A stretch of DNA of 64,000 nt, taken from contig OZ316892.1 in the NCBI GenBank assembly GCA_973895155.1, positions 572,917 through 636,916 of the forward strand, in the 5' to 3' direction. Both the position numbers and the translations under genes were made by a program. The stretch is from Marsupella aquatica. Its lineage: Eukaryota; Plantae; Marchantiophyta. Below the pieces are notes generated by a model. It searched no databases. It saw only the letters and a program-made list of their open reading frames with translations, and was not told the origin of the DNA. How positions within the stretch are numbered: the first letter of the stretch is position 1; each line of letters begins with the position of its first letter. Of the stretch, positions 27,301-38,323 are shown in pieces.

Positions 27301-29054
27301 CGTCCCTGACGGCCAGCTTCAAGGCCGACCTAAGGGAGAAGGACGAGATGCTCGAACAGACTTACGCCAAGATGAACCAGATGGAGTCTGTCATCATTGC
27401 AGAGCTCGACAAGGAGCTAAGAGCAAACCAGGAGGAGAGGGCTACCTTGAAGAAGGAATTGGAGGAAGCCCACAGGGAGCAGGAGGAGGCCAAAAACGAG
27501 CTGGAGGGGGCACGTAAGGACCTGGATGAAACCCAAGAGGAGTTGGAGGAAATCACGAGGAAGATGGAGAACCTACAGCGGCGGGCCGACAACCAAACAG
27601 AGCGGCTGAAGAAACAAGCCGCAGTATTTAAATGCTTAGCTGCAGCAGGTCCATCTCCTGTTGGGACAAACCAGTTACCAGGGGTGGTAATTGCCGAAGG
27701 ACAAGCCGCGCCAACTGCACCAGTGCCAGAAGTAAGTGGGAAGGGGAAGGGACCAGCTGCCGAGCCACCAACAAAGAAGAAGCGGAAACCTTCAGGGTCA
27801 AGGAGTAATACGACTTCACAGGCCGTGGTGATCAAGGAGGTAGACCCAGCACCAACCCCAGACAGGGTCACGGCTAAGGATCCAACTACCCTAGGGGAAG
27901 GGGAGGCCGAAGCCGAGGGAGTGGCTGAAGCCGAAGCCGTGGGAGTGGCTGAGGCCAAAGCCGTGGGTATTGCCGAGGCCGGTGTCGAGGCTGAAGCCGA
28001 AGGTGGACCCAGTCAGGCCGATGGAGAGTTGACTCAGTCAAGGGCAGGTAATCTGTCAGAGAATGAACCTACGGCAGTGGCTGAGGAGGAAGTGTTGGGG
28101 GCGTCCATTGAGGATCCACCACCGGTGTCGTGACGGTGCAAGGGCGCCGTTCCTTTTAGGGAGGGCGGACGTGGAGGGAGGAGGCGTGAGTGGGCAGGGC
28201 GGGCGCGGATCTCCACGTTTAGGATTAGGATCAGAACCAGGAGCGGCCCTGACACTTAGCTTAGTGGGATTGCGGTCCCACTGGTAGGAGCAACACTTGT
28301 GCTCCTGCCTTGCTGTACATGGGTAGATTCGGGCAAGTAGATTACTGTTAGGTAGATTAGGCTTACGATGCAAAGAATGGCGGATCCACTACCAGGATAA
28401 GTACCTGGGCAGCGGGGAGCTCAGGGCCTCTTCTTTAGCAAGTTTTTAGTTTGCACCAGCCGGGCTGGGATCAAGTAGTACGAGAAGCTCTCGGTTAGTC
28501 ATACAGTGACCCTTGTGTATATTCATGTTTCCTCATGCCTAAGAGCTGAATAGAGTTGGCCTCACGGCTTAGTTCGCAGAACTTGTGTATGAGATGTACT
28601 GTTTGTATGGCAAGTGCATGGTATGACTCAGTCAGAATGAGTCATTTTGCTATTTGTGTGTCGCATTAACTTGTGTGAAGAGTGCCCACATCAACAGAAG
28701 GAAGGAAAGTAAGCAGGGGAGTGAGAGTTGGATGTGTCGAGCTGAGAGAGGTCTTAGCGGCTTAACCAAGCCTATTGGGGATCATTCCGGCGGCGGAATC
28801 CAAACATACCTAACAAAACGGAGGGGAAGACAGGGGAAGACAGGGGAAGGCCTATATTAGGCCGGCTACGTATCTCATGACCCGATGAAGGATCTGTCCA
28901 GTATATGTGTGTAAAATGTTAATAGTAGTAGTAGAAGGTTAGCAGCGTCCCATGCCGCTAAGCCGCGGAAACGGCCTCGCCAAGCACGAAACCTGCGGGA
29001 ATCGGCTTGAGCTGGGGGGTTTCTTGGGTTTAGGGAGCCATGGGACGCACCACA
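24395..29054 (+). mobile_element. Giant solo LTR, copy 2 (4660 bp)
   Basis: TGTGATGC...GCACCACA with TSD GTCTC (24390-24394, 29055-29059). Confidence 0.95.
24510..28133 (+). CDS. Intact 1207-aa LTR-encoded protein: plant-mobile-domain/Athila-ORF-like segment, long coiled coil, basic NLS-like motif
   Basis: Uninterrupted 3.6-kb ORF conserved in four copies. LLEFVGSWEPETNCTRIYGKDFYLTPKVIAEVFGLP resembles PMD-type motifs by eye. E/K/Q/L-rich heptad region and TKKKRK. The true start may be the ATG at 24768. Confidence 0.8.
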   Translation: MEPGQRPEVRLRVKTRLGLGRVKRRRLGRINGKKDRQRRGVRSACRRWWLICEHELGRRLREANYCQLLRQALGERIDTDDRPKEGMSNVNQAAHFWGCLFERATEYIKTYEDEESERAARERQELARLWELQKTAFLGGELIKDEFLWTPTSNQLDDLLFCKDSVVGIREAIKNCNDIHWELKGSTKRWTQATVLGETSTAAEMKRKGAVNDEATPAKRTRSVAPKRPAEQQSRRQGEAEEEEVDPIKAIPTRDDTWKGWAATLPVEVQLHFAREEDACFTAMQTKKYQGFMAGSGLEAFVRLPWLKPEVPESDLLEFVGSWEPETNCTRIYGKDFYLTPKVIAEVFGLPIGNKTKVDTRKTLPDKEFRSFPGPSTKNGFFRNTCTNPHIGEMIDFLRVTMHCNLPRAEIGKAQVYLAERPDPSRDYNGYLLNQLKKILKEEQQVIGMGSVLQLGYHMPLLCRYARGQTFAPVLPLQVRAPEEAPTPRPLAEKPQPPVSPTIEQVFRPRKEDLPMQQPGMQSLLKLLEKEKKSASATTTATATMQDTTTEVGLHRLTRENPFAGDKERIRPESKPGVRMYVGTSSSESEAELPEAPTDEEEREKPDIQEVEEAVEDCSHDNSGYGSDHHVPGVRTCGRFVPTLPRVVRGDPNQQSSPESPPPDVAPPSFDGIKQTVQEFQERIKQEEEAALAKEKDLPGGDWPEDIRRLAKKGSKPLATIEEIRRTAWEQRPQWAMPITSTYSTYAKNRAMEYGEMCGELALGIFGEELEVGPFFHREQLEKHQLEEAVALERSKKDEVIRRLRRMEAEIEDLRAAKKAQDELRIKRHELNIMQGQLDIAQADNQNIKDKLTQTQGELADTIKEREKWKQELKNTEEAHITANSRAMAETQRKEWALKGELEKIRGALEQKEVELGKSYQGIMALQQELASLTASFKADLREKDEMLEQTYAKMNQMESVIIAELDKELRANQEERATLKKELEEAHREQEEAKNELEGARKDLDETQEELEEITRKMENLQRRADNQTERLKKQAAVFKCLAAAGPSPVGTNQLPGVVIAEGQAAPTAPVPEVSGKGKGPAAEPPTKKKRKPSGSRSNTTSQAVVIKEVDPAPTPDRVTAKDPTTLGEGEAEAEGVAEAEAVGVAEAKAVGIAEAGVEAEAEGGPSQADGELTQSRAGNLSENEPTAVAEEEVLGASIEDPPPVS

Positions 29055-31870
29055 GTCTCATAGGCTCAGCAGAGCGTTTACAGCTCATAACATTTATGTT
29101 GTATAACTCACCCGAGGTTGTCGGGGAGCGGACAACATTTTATGAGGAGGAGAAGCAAAACAGTCGACGCCCACAGTTATTTCCCAAGTTTCACCCATAC
29201 ATGAAGGAGAAGTTGTTAGAAGTGGATGCCCTGGTGGGTACCGGGGAGAGTGTATTACACTACCCAAACGTGACAGATAAACTTCGTACCTTGGTTCATG
29301 GTCCACTACTTATAGTCACGACTCGGACTGCCATGTGGTCAAAGGGGAGACATTTTTGTGTGGAACGACTTGATGAGAAGAGGGCAGCTACACAGGATTG
29401 TGGGGTGATGGGTTGGTTCACCCAAGATTCCCAGAGTAGCATGTCAGACATGAATCCCATTCGCTCCACCGTGGCCCATTATGGGAAGATTGAGGAGATC
29501 CTAACAGTGAAGTACCATGCACATACTACTTTGGAGGAAGTGGTATTCAAGTGCAAATGGTTCAAGATGAATCTTGTAGGCCACAATCGTACTTGTGAAG
29601 ATGATGCATGCGGTTTTACTCGTTTGAAGACATCCGCAAATAGTGTCATCAGTTCCAACTGGAGGTCCTCAGATCCCTTTGCCTTCCCACATCACCTTGA
29701 GCAATGCTTTTACCTACCCTATATCCCAATGACCCCGAGTGGTCCATTGTCATACCGTATATTCCCAGATCACGGTCCATAGTCCAAGAGAGACCCAACG
29801 TAGTTGTAGTGGAAGATAGAGACATACCCCCCACGAGTTAGTATAAATTGTAGACCCCACCATCTTCATGTATATTTTTACCGGCACTATCTTTTTATCG
29901 GCATTCTACGATTTTTCTCATTGTCCATAATTTCATGCAGTATACATATCTATTGCGTAAAGTATGCCCCATGTCTGAATCCATTAATTCCATGCAACCT
30001 ATACATTGTAAAACACTAAAGTCCCATATGTCCCATTCAAATACCATCGGAAACATATCGGACACACATCAGTACTGCCAAAGCAAAAAACCCCTTCCCA
30101 TCCTCAAAGTATCGGATTTTCCGATACTATAACAATCGGAAGCCACTATCCGATACTCCACAGATTGGACGCTTAAGCCCGCAGCCGAGGAGGGGTTCGA
30201 TAGAAATTTCAACGGATAGTAACTGATACCTCAGCCTTCGCAAATGATTTCCGTTGTAGCTAGTATCGCAAAAATATGTCCGATACCATTTGTATCGGTA
30301 AATGTCCGAAACCAAACCTATCGGAATTAGCTTTCGATACTATTATTATCGGACGTCTGAAAAACATGTCGGCTCTCAATTTGCGATACAGGATGTTTCG
30401 GACATTGTCTGATATGATGGGTATTGGATAAAGTTTTTGATACAAAACATATCGGATAATAATGTCCGATTTTGGTAGTATCGGAAGTTCCGTAGCTGGG
30501 AGTATCGGAAGTTTTCCGTTGTGTTTAGTATCGGGAGCGTTGAGAAATGCGTGTTTTTAGTATCGGAAAAGTGCCTAAAATGTACTAGTGTATCGACGTT
30601 GGGATGATGGCCGCAATTTCTCAAAAGACCGAAGTGGGTTTAAGTTTGACAATAGGTGGGTTGTTCCTCATAGTCCATATTTGAGCATGAGATTCAATGC
30701 CCATATTAATGTGGAGATTTGTTGCTCTATTAAAGCAATCAAGTATTTATACAAGTACTGTTATAAAGGGCATGATAAGGCAACGGTTGAGGTGGAGCAA
30801 CGAGATGAAGTGAAGGAGCACTTAGATGCCAGATATGTGTTTGCTGCTGAGGGAGTATGGCGCATTAACCAGTTTTAAATGTCTGAGAGTACTACTTCGG
30901 TGCAACGGCTGCAAGTTCATTGTGAGGGGGAACAATCTATAATGTTCAATGAGGATTCTAACATCAGTGATGTGGTTCAACAAGAATCTCATAGGGACAC
31001 AACTCTCACAGGGTGGTTCAGAGCTAACACTTTGCATGAACAGGCAAAACAACTTCTCTACAGCAATTTCCCCCATGAGTTTGTATGGGATACGTCCTCC
31101 TGTGCATGGAACCCACGAAGAAGAGGGTTTAGCATTGGTAGGATGTATTTTGTGCCACCAGCCGCGGGTGAACGGTACTATTTGAGGGCGCTTCTTCTTC
31201 ACATCAAAGGTGCAACATCATTCATCGACCTTTGCACTTTTGAGGGCACTGTATACCCCATCTTTCAAGCAGCGGCTCTTGCTCGGGGTTTGTATGAGAA
31301 CGATGAGGAGTGGGATAGATGCCTTCAAGAAGCGGCAAGCATGCACACCGGTGCGCAAATACGACAACTATTTATTACAATATTGTTGTTTGGAGGTGTT
31401 GCCAAACCATGCGACCTATGGGCACAATATGCATCCAATTTGAGTGATGATTGTAGGTATCGTTTGCAATTGATGGGCTTCTTAGATTCTACAGAGCAGC
31501 AACAACAAAGCTTTGCTCTACATTTGATGGATGAGGCTTTGAAAAGTGTGGATAAAACCTTGTTGGAGTTTGGTCTTCCGGAACCAGGTATGGATTTTTT
31601 CCAAGAGGAAGAAAATAGAAACCGGTTGATAAGAGAGGAGACATGTTATCCAATGGATGTACTTCTACAACAACTTGCAGAGCAAGAGCCGTTGTTGAAC
31701 GAGGGTCAAAGGGCAATGTACACTGCAATACTTGCAGCCGTGAGGGCTCGAGATGGAGCGACATTCTTTATTGATGGACCAGAGGGGACGGGCAAAACAT
31801 TTGTGGAGAATGTTCTACTTCGGAGAGTCCGTGTAGATGGGGATGTCGCATTGGCCGTAGCTTCCTCGGG

Positions 31871-34800
31871 TGTGGTGCGTCCCATGGCTCCCTAAACCCA
31901 AGAAACCCCCCGGCTCAAGCCGATTCCCGCAGGTTTCGTGCTTGGCGAGGCCGTTTCCGCGGCTTAGCGGCATGGGACGCTGCTAACCTTCTACTACTAC
32001 TATTAACATTTTACACACATATACTGGACAGATCCTTCATCGGGTCATGAGATACGTAGCCGGCCTAATCTAGGCCTTCCCCTGTCTTCCCCTCCGTCTT
32101 GTTAGGTATGTTTGGATTCCGCCGCCGGAATGATCCCCAATAGGCTTGGTTAAGCCGCTAAGACCTCTCTCAGCTCGACACATCCAACTCTCACTCCCCT
32201 GCTTACTTTCCTTCCTTTTGGTTGATGTGGGCACTCTTCACACAAGTTAATGCGACACACAAATAGCAAAATGACTCATTCTGACTGAGTCATACCATGC
32301 ACTTGCCATACAAACAGTACATCTCATACACAAGTTCTGCGAACTAAGCCGTGAGGCCAACTCTATTCAGCTCTTAGGCATGAGGAAACATGAATATACA
32401 CAAGGGTCACTGTATGACTAACCGAGAGTTTCTCGTACTACTTGATCCCAGCCCGGCTGGTGCAAACTAAAAACTTGCTAAAGAAGAGGCCATGAGCTCC
32501 CCGCTGCCCAGGTACTTATCCTGGTAGTGGATCCGCCATTCTTTGCATCGTAAGCCTAATCTACCTAACAGTAATCTACTTGCCCGAATCTACCCATGTA
32601 CAGCAAGGCAGGAGCACAAGTGTTGCTCCTACCAGTGGGACCGCAATCCCACTAAGCTAAGTGTCAGGGCCGCTCCTGGTTCTGATCCTAATCCTAAACG
32701 TGGAGATCCGCGCCCGCCCTGCCCACTCACGCCTCCTCCCTCCACGTCCGCCCTCCCTAAAAGGAACGGCGCCCTTGCACCGTCACGACACCGGTGGTGG
32801 ATCCTTAATGGACGCCCCCAATGCTTCCTCCTCAGCCACTGCCGTAGGCTCATTCCCTGACAGATTACCTGCCCTTGACTGAGTCAATTCTCCCTCGGCC
32901 TGACTGGGTCCACCATCGGCGTCGGCATCGGCTTGGGAATCGGTTACGGCCTCAGCCTCGGCTACGGTCTCCCCGGCCTGCTCAAGAGGCGGATCTGGAA
33001 TACCGGCCTCATTACTGAGTAGTTCGGCTTGGGCCGCACCACCCCCACCTGTGATGATAGCGGGATCCATTGCCGTATTCATGCCGGAGGATGGTGCTGG
33101 TTCTACCTCTTTGGTCACCACGGCTTGTGGAGTCAGATTACTCCTTGACCCTGAAGGTTTCCGCTTTTTCTTCTTTTCTGGTTCGGCAGCTGGTCCCTTC
33201 CCCTTCCCACTTACTTCCGGCACTGGTGCAGTTGGCGCGGCTTTTTCTTTGGCCAGTACCACTCCTGGTAACTTGGTTGCCCCAATTGGAGTTGGGCCTG
33301 ATGAAGACAAGCACTTAAATACTGCGGCTTGTTTCTTCAGCCGCTCCGTTTGGTTGTCGGCCCGCCGCTGGAGGTTCTCCATCTTCCTCGTGATTTCCTC
33401 CAACTCCTCCTGGGTCTCATCCAGGTCCTTGCGTGCCTCCTCTAGTTCCTTCTGGGCTTCCTCCCGTTCTTGTTTCAAGGTAGTCCTCTCCTCCTGGGTT
33501 GCTCTTAGCTCCTTGTCGAGCTCTACAATGATGACAGACTCCATCTGGTTCATCTTGGCGTAAGTCTGTTCGAGCATCTCGTCCTTCTCCCTTAGGTCGG
33601 CCTTGAAGCTGGCCGTCAGGGACGCAAGCTCCTGCTGCAGCGCCATAATCCCTTGATAGGATTTCCCTAACTCGGCCTCCTTCTGCTCAAGGGCTCCGCG
33701 GATTTTCTCGAGCTCCCCCTTCAACGCCCATTCCTTTCTTTGGGTCTCCGCCATGGCCCGGCTGTTGGCTGTTATGTGGGCCTCCTCTGTATTCTTCAGC
33801 TCTTGCTTCCATTTCTCCCTCTCTTTGATCGTGTCGGCCAACTCTCCCTGTGTCTGAGTCAGTTTATCCTTGATATTCTGATTATCAGCCTGCGCGGTGT
33901 CCAACTGCCCCTGCATGATGTTCAGCTCATGTCGTTTAATCCGCAGTTCATCTTGGGCTTTCTTGGCCGCCCTTAGATCTTCAATCTCGGCTTCCATCCT
34001 CCTAAGCCGCCGAATGACCTCGTCCTTCTTGCTTCTCTCTAAAGCCACCGCTTCTTCTAATTGATGCTTCTCCAACTGCTCCCTATGGAAAAAGGGTCCT
34101 ACCTCCAACTCCTCTCCAAAGATGCCGAGCGCAAGTTCCCCACACATCTCACCATACTCCATGGCTCTATTCTTAGCGTAGGTGGAGTAAGTAGAAGTGA
34201 TCGGCATCGCCCATCGCGGCCTCTGCTCCCAAGCCGTCTTGCGGATCTCTTCAATCGTGGCTAGAGGTTTGCTTCCTTTTTTGGCTAGCCGGCTGATGTC
34301 CTCCGACCAATCTCCTCCTGGTAAATCCTTTTCCCTAGCCAGGGCTGCCTCGCTTGATTCGCTCCTGAAATTCCTGCACCGTCTGTTTTATGTCGTCGAA
34401 GCTCGGGGGAGCAACATCTGGTGGGGGAGACTCAGGGCTACTCTGCTGGTTGGGGTCCCCTCGCACTACCCTTGGAAGTGTGGGGACAAACCGGCCACAG
34501 GTCCTTACTCCTGGGACGTGATGGTCCGACCCATAGCCGGAATTATCATGGCTGCAGTCCTCCACTGCCTCCTCTACTTCTTGGCCGTCCGGCTTCTCCC
34601 TCTCCTCTTCGTCGGTAGGAGCTTCAGGCAATTCTGCCTCAGATTCGGAGCTTCAGATTCCCACATACATTCGAACACCTGGCTTGGATTCAGGCCTGAT
34701 TCTCTCCTTGTCTCCAGCAAAGGGGTTTTCTCTTGTGAGCCGGTGTAGGCCTACCTCTGTAGTAGTGTCCTGCATTGTTGCCGTTGCCGTTGTTGTTGCC

Positions 34801-36525
34801 GATGCTGATTTCTTTTCTTTCTCCAGTAGTTTCAGCAGACTCTGCATGCCTGGTTGCTGCATCGGCAAGTCCTCCTTCCTGGGCCTAAACACCTGCTCGA
34901 TCGTAGGGCTAACAGGTGGTTGAGGCTTCTCAGCCAACGGCCTCGGCGTTGGAGCTTCCTCGGGTGCCCTTACCTGCAGGGGAAGTACCGGGGCAAAAGT
35001 CTGACCTCTGGCATACCGGCACAACAGCGGCATGTGATAGCCAAGCCGCGACACGCTCCCCATGCCGATTACCTGCTGCTCCTCCTTTAAGATCTTCTTC
35101 AATTGGTTGAGGAGGTATCCGTTGTAGTCCCGGCTTGGGTCTGGCCTTTCTGCCAGATAGACCTGTGCCTTGCCGATCTCTGCCCTCGGCAAGTTACAAT
35201 GCATGGTCACCCGCAAGAAGTCGATCATCTCTCCTATGTGCGGGTTGGTGCAGGTGTTCCGGAAGAAGCCATTCTTCGTTGATGGCCCGGGGAACGACCG
35301 GAACTCCTTGTCAGGCAAGGTCTTCCTGGTATCAACTTTGGTCTTATTGCCTATCGGCAAGCCAAACACTTCGGCAATTACCTTGGGAGTAAGATAGAAA
35401 TCCTTCCCATATATCCTCGTGCAATTGGTCTCGGGTTCCCATGACCCCACGAATTCTAATAGGTCTGACTCCGGTACCTCCGGCTTCAGCCATGGTAATC
35501 TTACAAAGGCCTCTAAGCCGGATCCGGCCATGAAGCCTTGGTACTTCTTGGTCTGCATGGCCGTGAAGCATGCATCCTCCTCCCGTGCAAAATGTAGTTG
35601 CACCTCCACCGGTAGGGTTGCCGCCCAGCCCTTCCAGGTGTCATCCCTGGTTGGAATGGCCTTGATGGGATCGACCTCCTCCTCTTCGGCTTCTCCCTGC
35701 CTCCTGCTCTGCTGCTCAGCTGGCTTCTTTGGTGCCGCCGACCTCGTTCTTTTTGTCGGGGTGGCTTCATCGTTGACGGCTCCCTTCCTCTTCATCTCTG
35801 TTGCCGTGGAGGTTTCTCCTAGCACCATTGCCTGGGTCCACCTTTCCGTGCTACCCTTTAATTCCCAGTGTATGTCGTTGCAGTTCTTGATGGCCTCTCG
35901 GATGCCGACGACGCTGTCTTTGCAAAACAGAAGATCGTCGAGTTGATTGGAAGTAGGCGTCCACAGGAACTCGTCCTTGATGAGTTCGCCTCCTAAGAAA
36001 GCCGTCTTCTGCAGCTCCCACAATCGAGCGAGCTCCTGCCGTTCTCGAGCTGCCCTTTCTGATTCCTCGTCCTCGTAAGTCTTGATGTACTAAGTTGCCC
36101 GTTCGAATAGGCATCCCCAGAAATGTGCCACTTGATTGACGTTGCTCATACCCTCCTTAGGTCGATCGTCGGTATCTACTCTCTCCCCGAGTGCTTGCCT
36201 AAGCAACTAACAGTAGTTGGCCTCCCGTAGTCGTCTACCTAGTTCGTGCTCGCAAATGAGCCACCATCTCCTGCAAGCGCTCCTTACCCCTCTCCTCTGC
36301 CGGTCCTTCTTCCCGTTGATCCTTCCTAGCCGCCGATGCTTAACGCGCCCTAACCCTAATCGAGTTTTCACCCTCAGCGTCCTTACCTCCGGCCTCGGCC
36401 CGGGTTCCATGGTTGCCCCTAATGGTTTATATTTTCCTTGTTTTGTCCCTATACTAAGGTGTTCCTAGGGTGCCTTCCTGCTTTACCCACTTAACTGGCC
36501 GAGTGATTCCTGTCTAGGCATCACA
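31871..36525 (-). mobile_element. Giant solo LTR, copy 3 (4655 bp), ORF disrupted
   Basis: Same termini, TSD TCGGG (31866-31870, 36526-36530). Interrupts the Helitron helicase at VASSG|IAS. Confidence 0.95.
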
Positions 36526-37849
36526 TCGGGTATTGCAAGTCTTTTGTTAGATGGAGGTCGCACCGCACACTCAAGATTCAAGCTACCATTGAAACCAATC
36601 TCGACATCGACATGCAGCATCCAAAAACAATCTGACCTTGCTGGATTATTGCGGAGGGCAACTTTTATTTTGTGGGATGAAGCACCCATGATCCATCGGC
36701 ATGGAGTGGAGGCATTGGATAGAACTTTACGCGACATACGAGATAATGACCGAATCTTTGGAGGGGTTGTAGTTGTATTTGCAGGTGATTTTTGACAAGT
36801 GCTTCCAGTGAAGGCAAGGGCAAGTCGTCCAGAGATTGTGGGGTCATGTTTGAAGAAGTCTTATGTGTGGAATAGTATACGGACTTTGAAGCTAACTGAA
36901 AATATGCGGGCAAGAGGAACTAACGCATCTCCTGAATTTGGTAATGTTACATTTGTGGAGTGGCTACTACAATTGGGAGATGATAAACTCCCAAAACGAG
37001 GGCCTTCAAATAATCTTATTACTTGCCCTGAGTCTATGGTGGTGGATGGAGGACGTGTGGAATCATTGATTCAGGCAATATACCCGACTCTTGCTAATGT
37101 GGACGATAGGTTCTTAAGTGAGAGAACTATTCTCGCGCCGACAAATGACAAGGCACTAAAAATTAACGACTCTATCTTAGAAGGACTTCCTGGGGAATCA
37201 AGTGAGTTTTTTAGCATTGATCGTCCAGATCAGCTCGAAGGGGAAAATTTCTACCCTACGGAGTTCTTGAATACACTCACACCGAGTGGTCTGCCGCCCC
37301 ATAAGTTGGTATTGAAGGTTGGATGCCCTATCATTTTACTTAGGAATATAGATCACTCTTTGGGGTTGTGTAATGGTACTCGGTTAATTGTGAGAGCAAT
37401 GAATCGTCGTGTCATTGAGGCACGTGTTCTTGCAGGAAAATATGCAGGAACCCTTACATTTATCCCACGGATACCGTTGACTTCTGACGAGTCACTTCCT
37501 TTCTTATTACGTAGGGTCCAATTTCCAATTCGAGTGGCATATGCAATGACCATAAACAAGGCTCAAGGTCAGGTCAGACTTTAGAACATGTAAGGTTGCA
37601 GCTTTCAAAGCCTGTATTTAGTCATGGACAGTTGTATGTAGCATTCTCAAGGGCAACATCACCTACAACTATCAAGGTTTTACTTTCAGATTCCGAGGAG
37701 GGTCAAGCAAAGTTGACAAAAAATGTTGTATATGATGAGGTTCTTTATTGAACACTTGAATAAATATTGTATCACTTTTGTATTAATCTCTTTGACTTTT
37801 TGCCTGAATTATATGTTTGCAATGCACAACCATGTTTGCCTCCCCTCAA

Positions 37850-38197
37850 AATCTTACCCTCACCTAAACATCTAACTTGCTCTCATCTCAACATGTTGGC
37901 CTCACCTCAACATCTAACTTGCTCTCATCTCAACATCTTGCCCTCACTTTGACATCTTGCCCTCACTTTGACATCTTGCTCTCACCTCCAAATCTTGCAC
38001 TCACCTCAACATCTTGCCCTCACTTACAAATCTCGCCCTCAACTCAACATCTTGCCCTCACCTCCAAATCTTGCACTCACCTCAACATCTTGCCCTCACC
38101 TTGACATCTTGCCCTCACTCGAAATCTTGCTCTCACCTCGACATCTTGCCCTCACCTCGACATCTTGCCCTCACTCAAAATCTTGCCCTCACTCAAA
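37850..38197. repeat. Minisatellite of about 19-bp units in the Helitron 3' region
   Basis: Head-to-tail variants of ACATCTTGCCCTCACCTCA. Confidence 0.9.
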
Positions 38198-38323
38198 GTC
38201 TTTCGTGCAACGCACAGGCATGGGGCTAGTATTTAATAAATTCAATAGCGCCCGGCGCTAACAAAAACCAAGGGCATACTCGTACAGTGTGGAGGAAGTT
38301 TGACCTAATAGAGGAGAAAATTG

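Larger units (their letters stand above)
21932..29841 (+). pseudogene. CACTA TnpD/Tnp2-type transposase (exons 21932-23099 and 23214-24394 + 29060-29841), interrupted by a solo LTR
   Basis: IHACVDDCILF, DPRHVRLGLAADG, LMWTMHDLPG, LDPMHIEGNV, KTHDYHRL, PPSFFD..H..IHLV.E..GPV..RWMY.VER, HYGKIEEIL..FKCKWF. The frame rejoins across the LTR (ERL|IGSAE). One frameshift near the end. Confidence 0.93.
13598..30590 (+). mobile_element. CACTA (En/Spm) DNA transposon, both ends intact
   Basis: 14-bp TIRs CACTAGTACATTTT / AAAATGTACTAGTG, 3-bp TSD TAT (13595-13597, 30591-30593), and dense ATCGGA/TCCGAT subterminal motifs at both ends. Confidence 0.97.
10792..37751 (+). pseudogene. Helitron RepHel (HUH replication initiator + Pif1 helicase), degenerate; segments about 10792-13597, 30594-31870, 36531-37751
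   Basis: Rep motifs PDLFTTFTCN, EFQKRGLPHAHILI, KYLYKYCYKG. Helicase motifs FIDGPEGTGKT, LWDEAPM, GLCNGTRL, QFPIRVAYAMTINKAQGQ, HGQLYVAFSR. Reading frames rejoin across both insertions. Several stops and frameshifts. Confidence 0.93.
10206..38229 (+). mobile_element. Helitron, interrupted by the CACTA element and a solo LTR; 5' end not resolved
   Basis: Rep and Pif1-helicase coding segments are present. The 3' end has a GTGC-AAC-GCAC hairpin (38205-38215), then CTAG ending at 38229, followed by T. Confidence 0.9.

Noticed and set aside
5549-29054. Copies 1 and 2 as giant terminal inverted repeats of one element, or copies 3 and 4 as paired LTRs
   Set aside because: Copies 2, 3 and 4 each have their own TSD and interrupt a different gene, so they are independent insertions.
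28952-29782. 276-aa ORF as a separate gene
   Set aside because: It is a chimera of the LTR end read into the C-terminal part of the CACTA transposase.
37850-38197. Overlapping short ORFs and a possible array in the 19-bp repeat
   Set aside because: Artefacts of a minisatellite in the Helitron 3' region.
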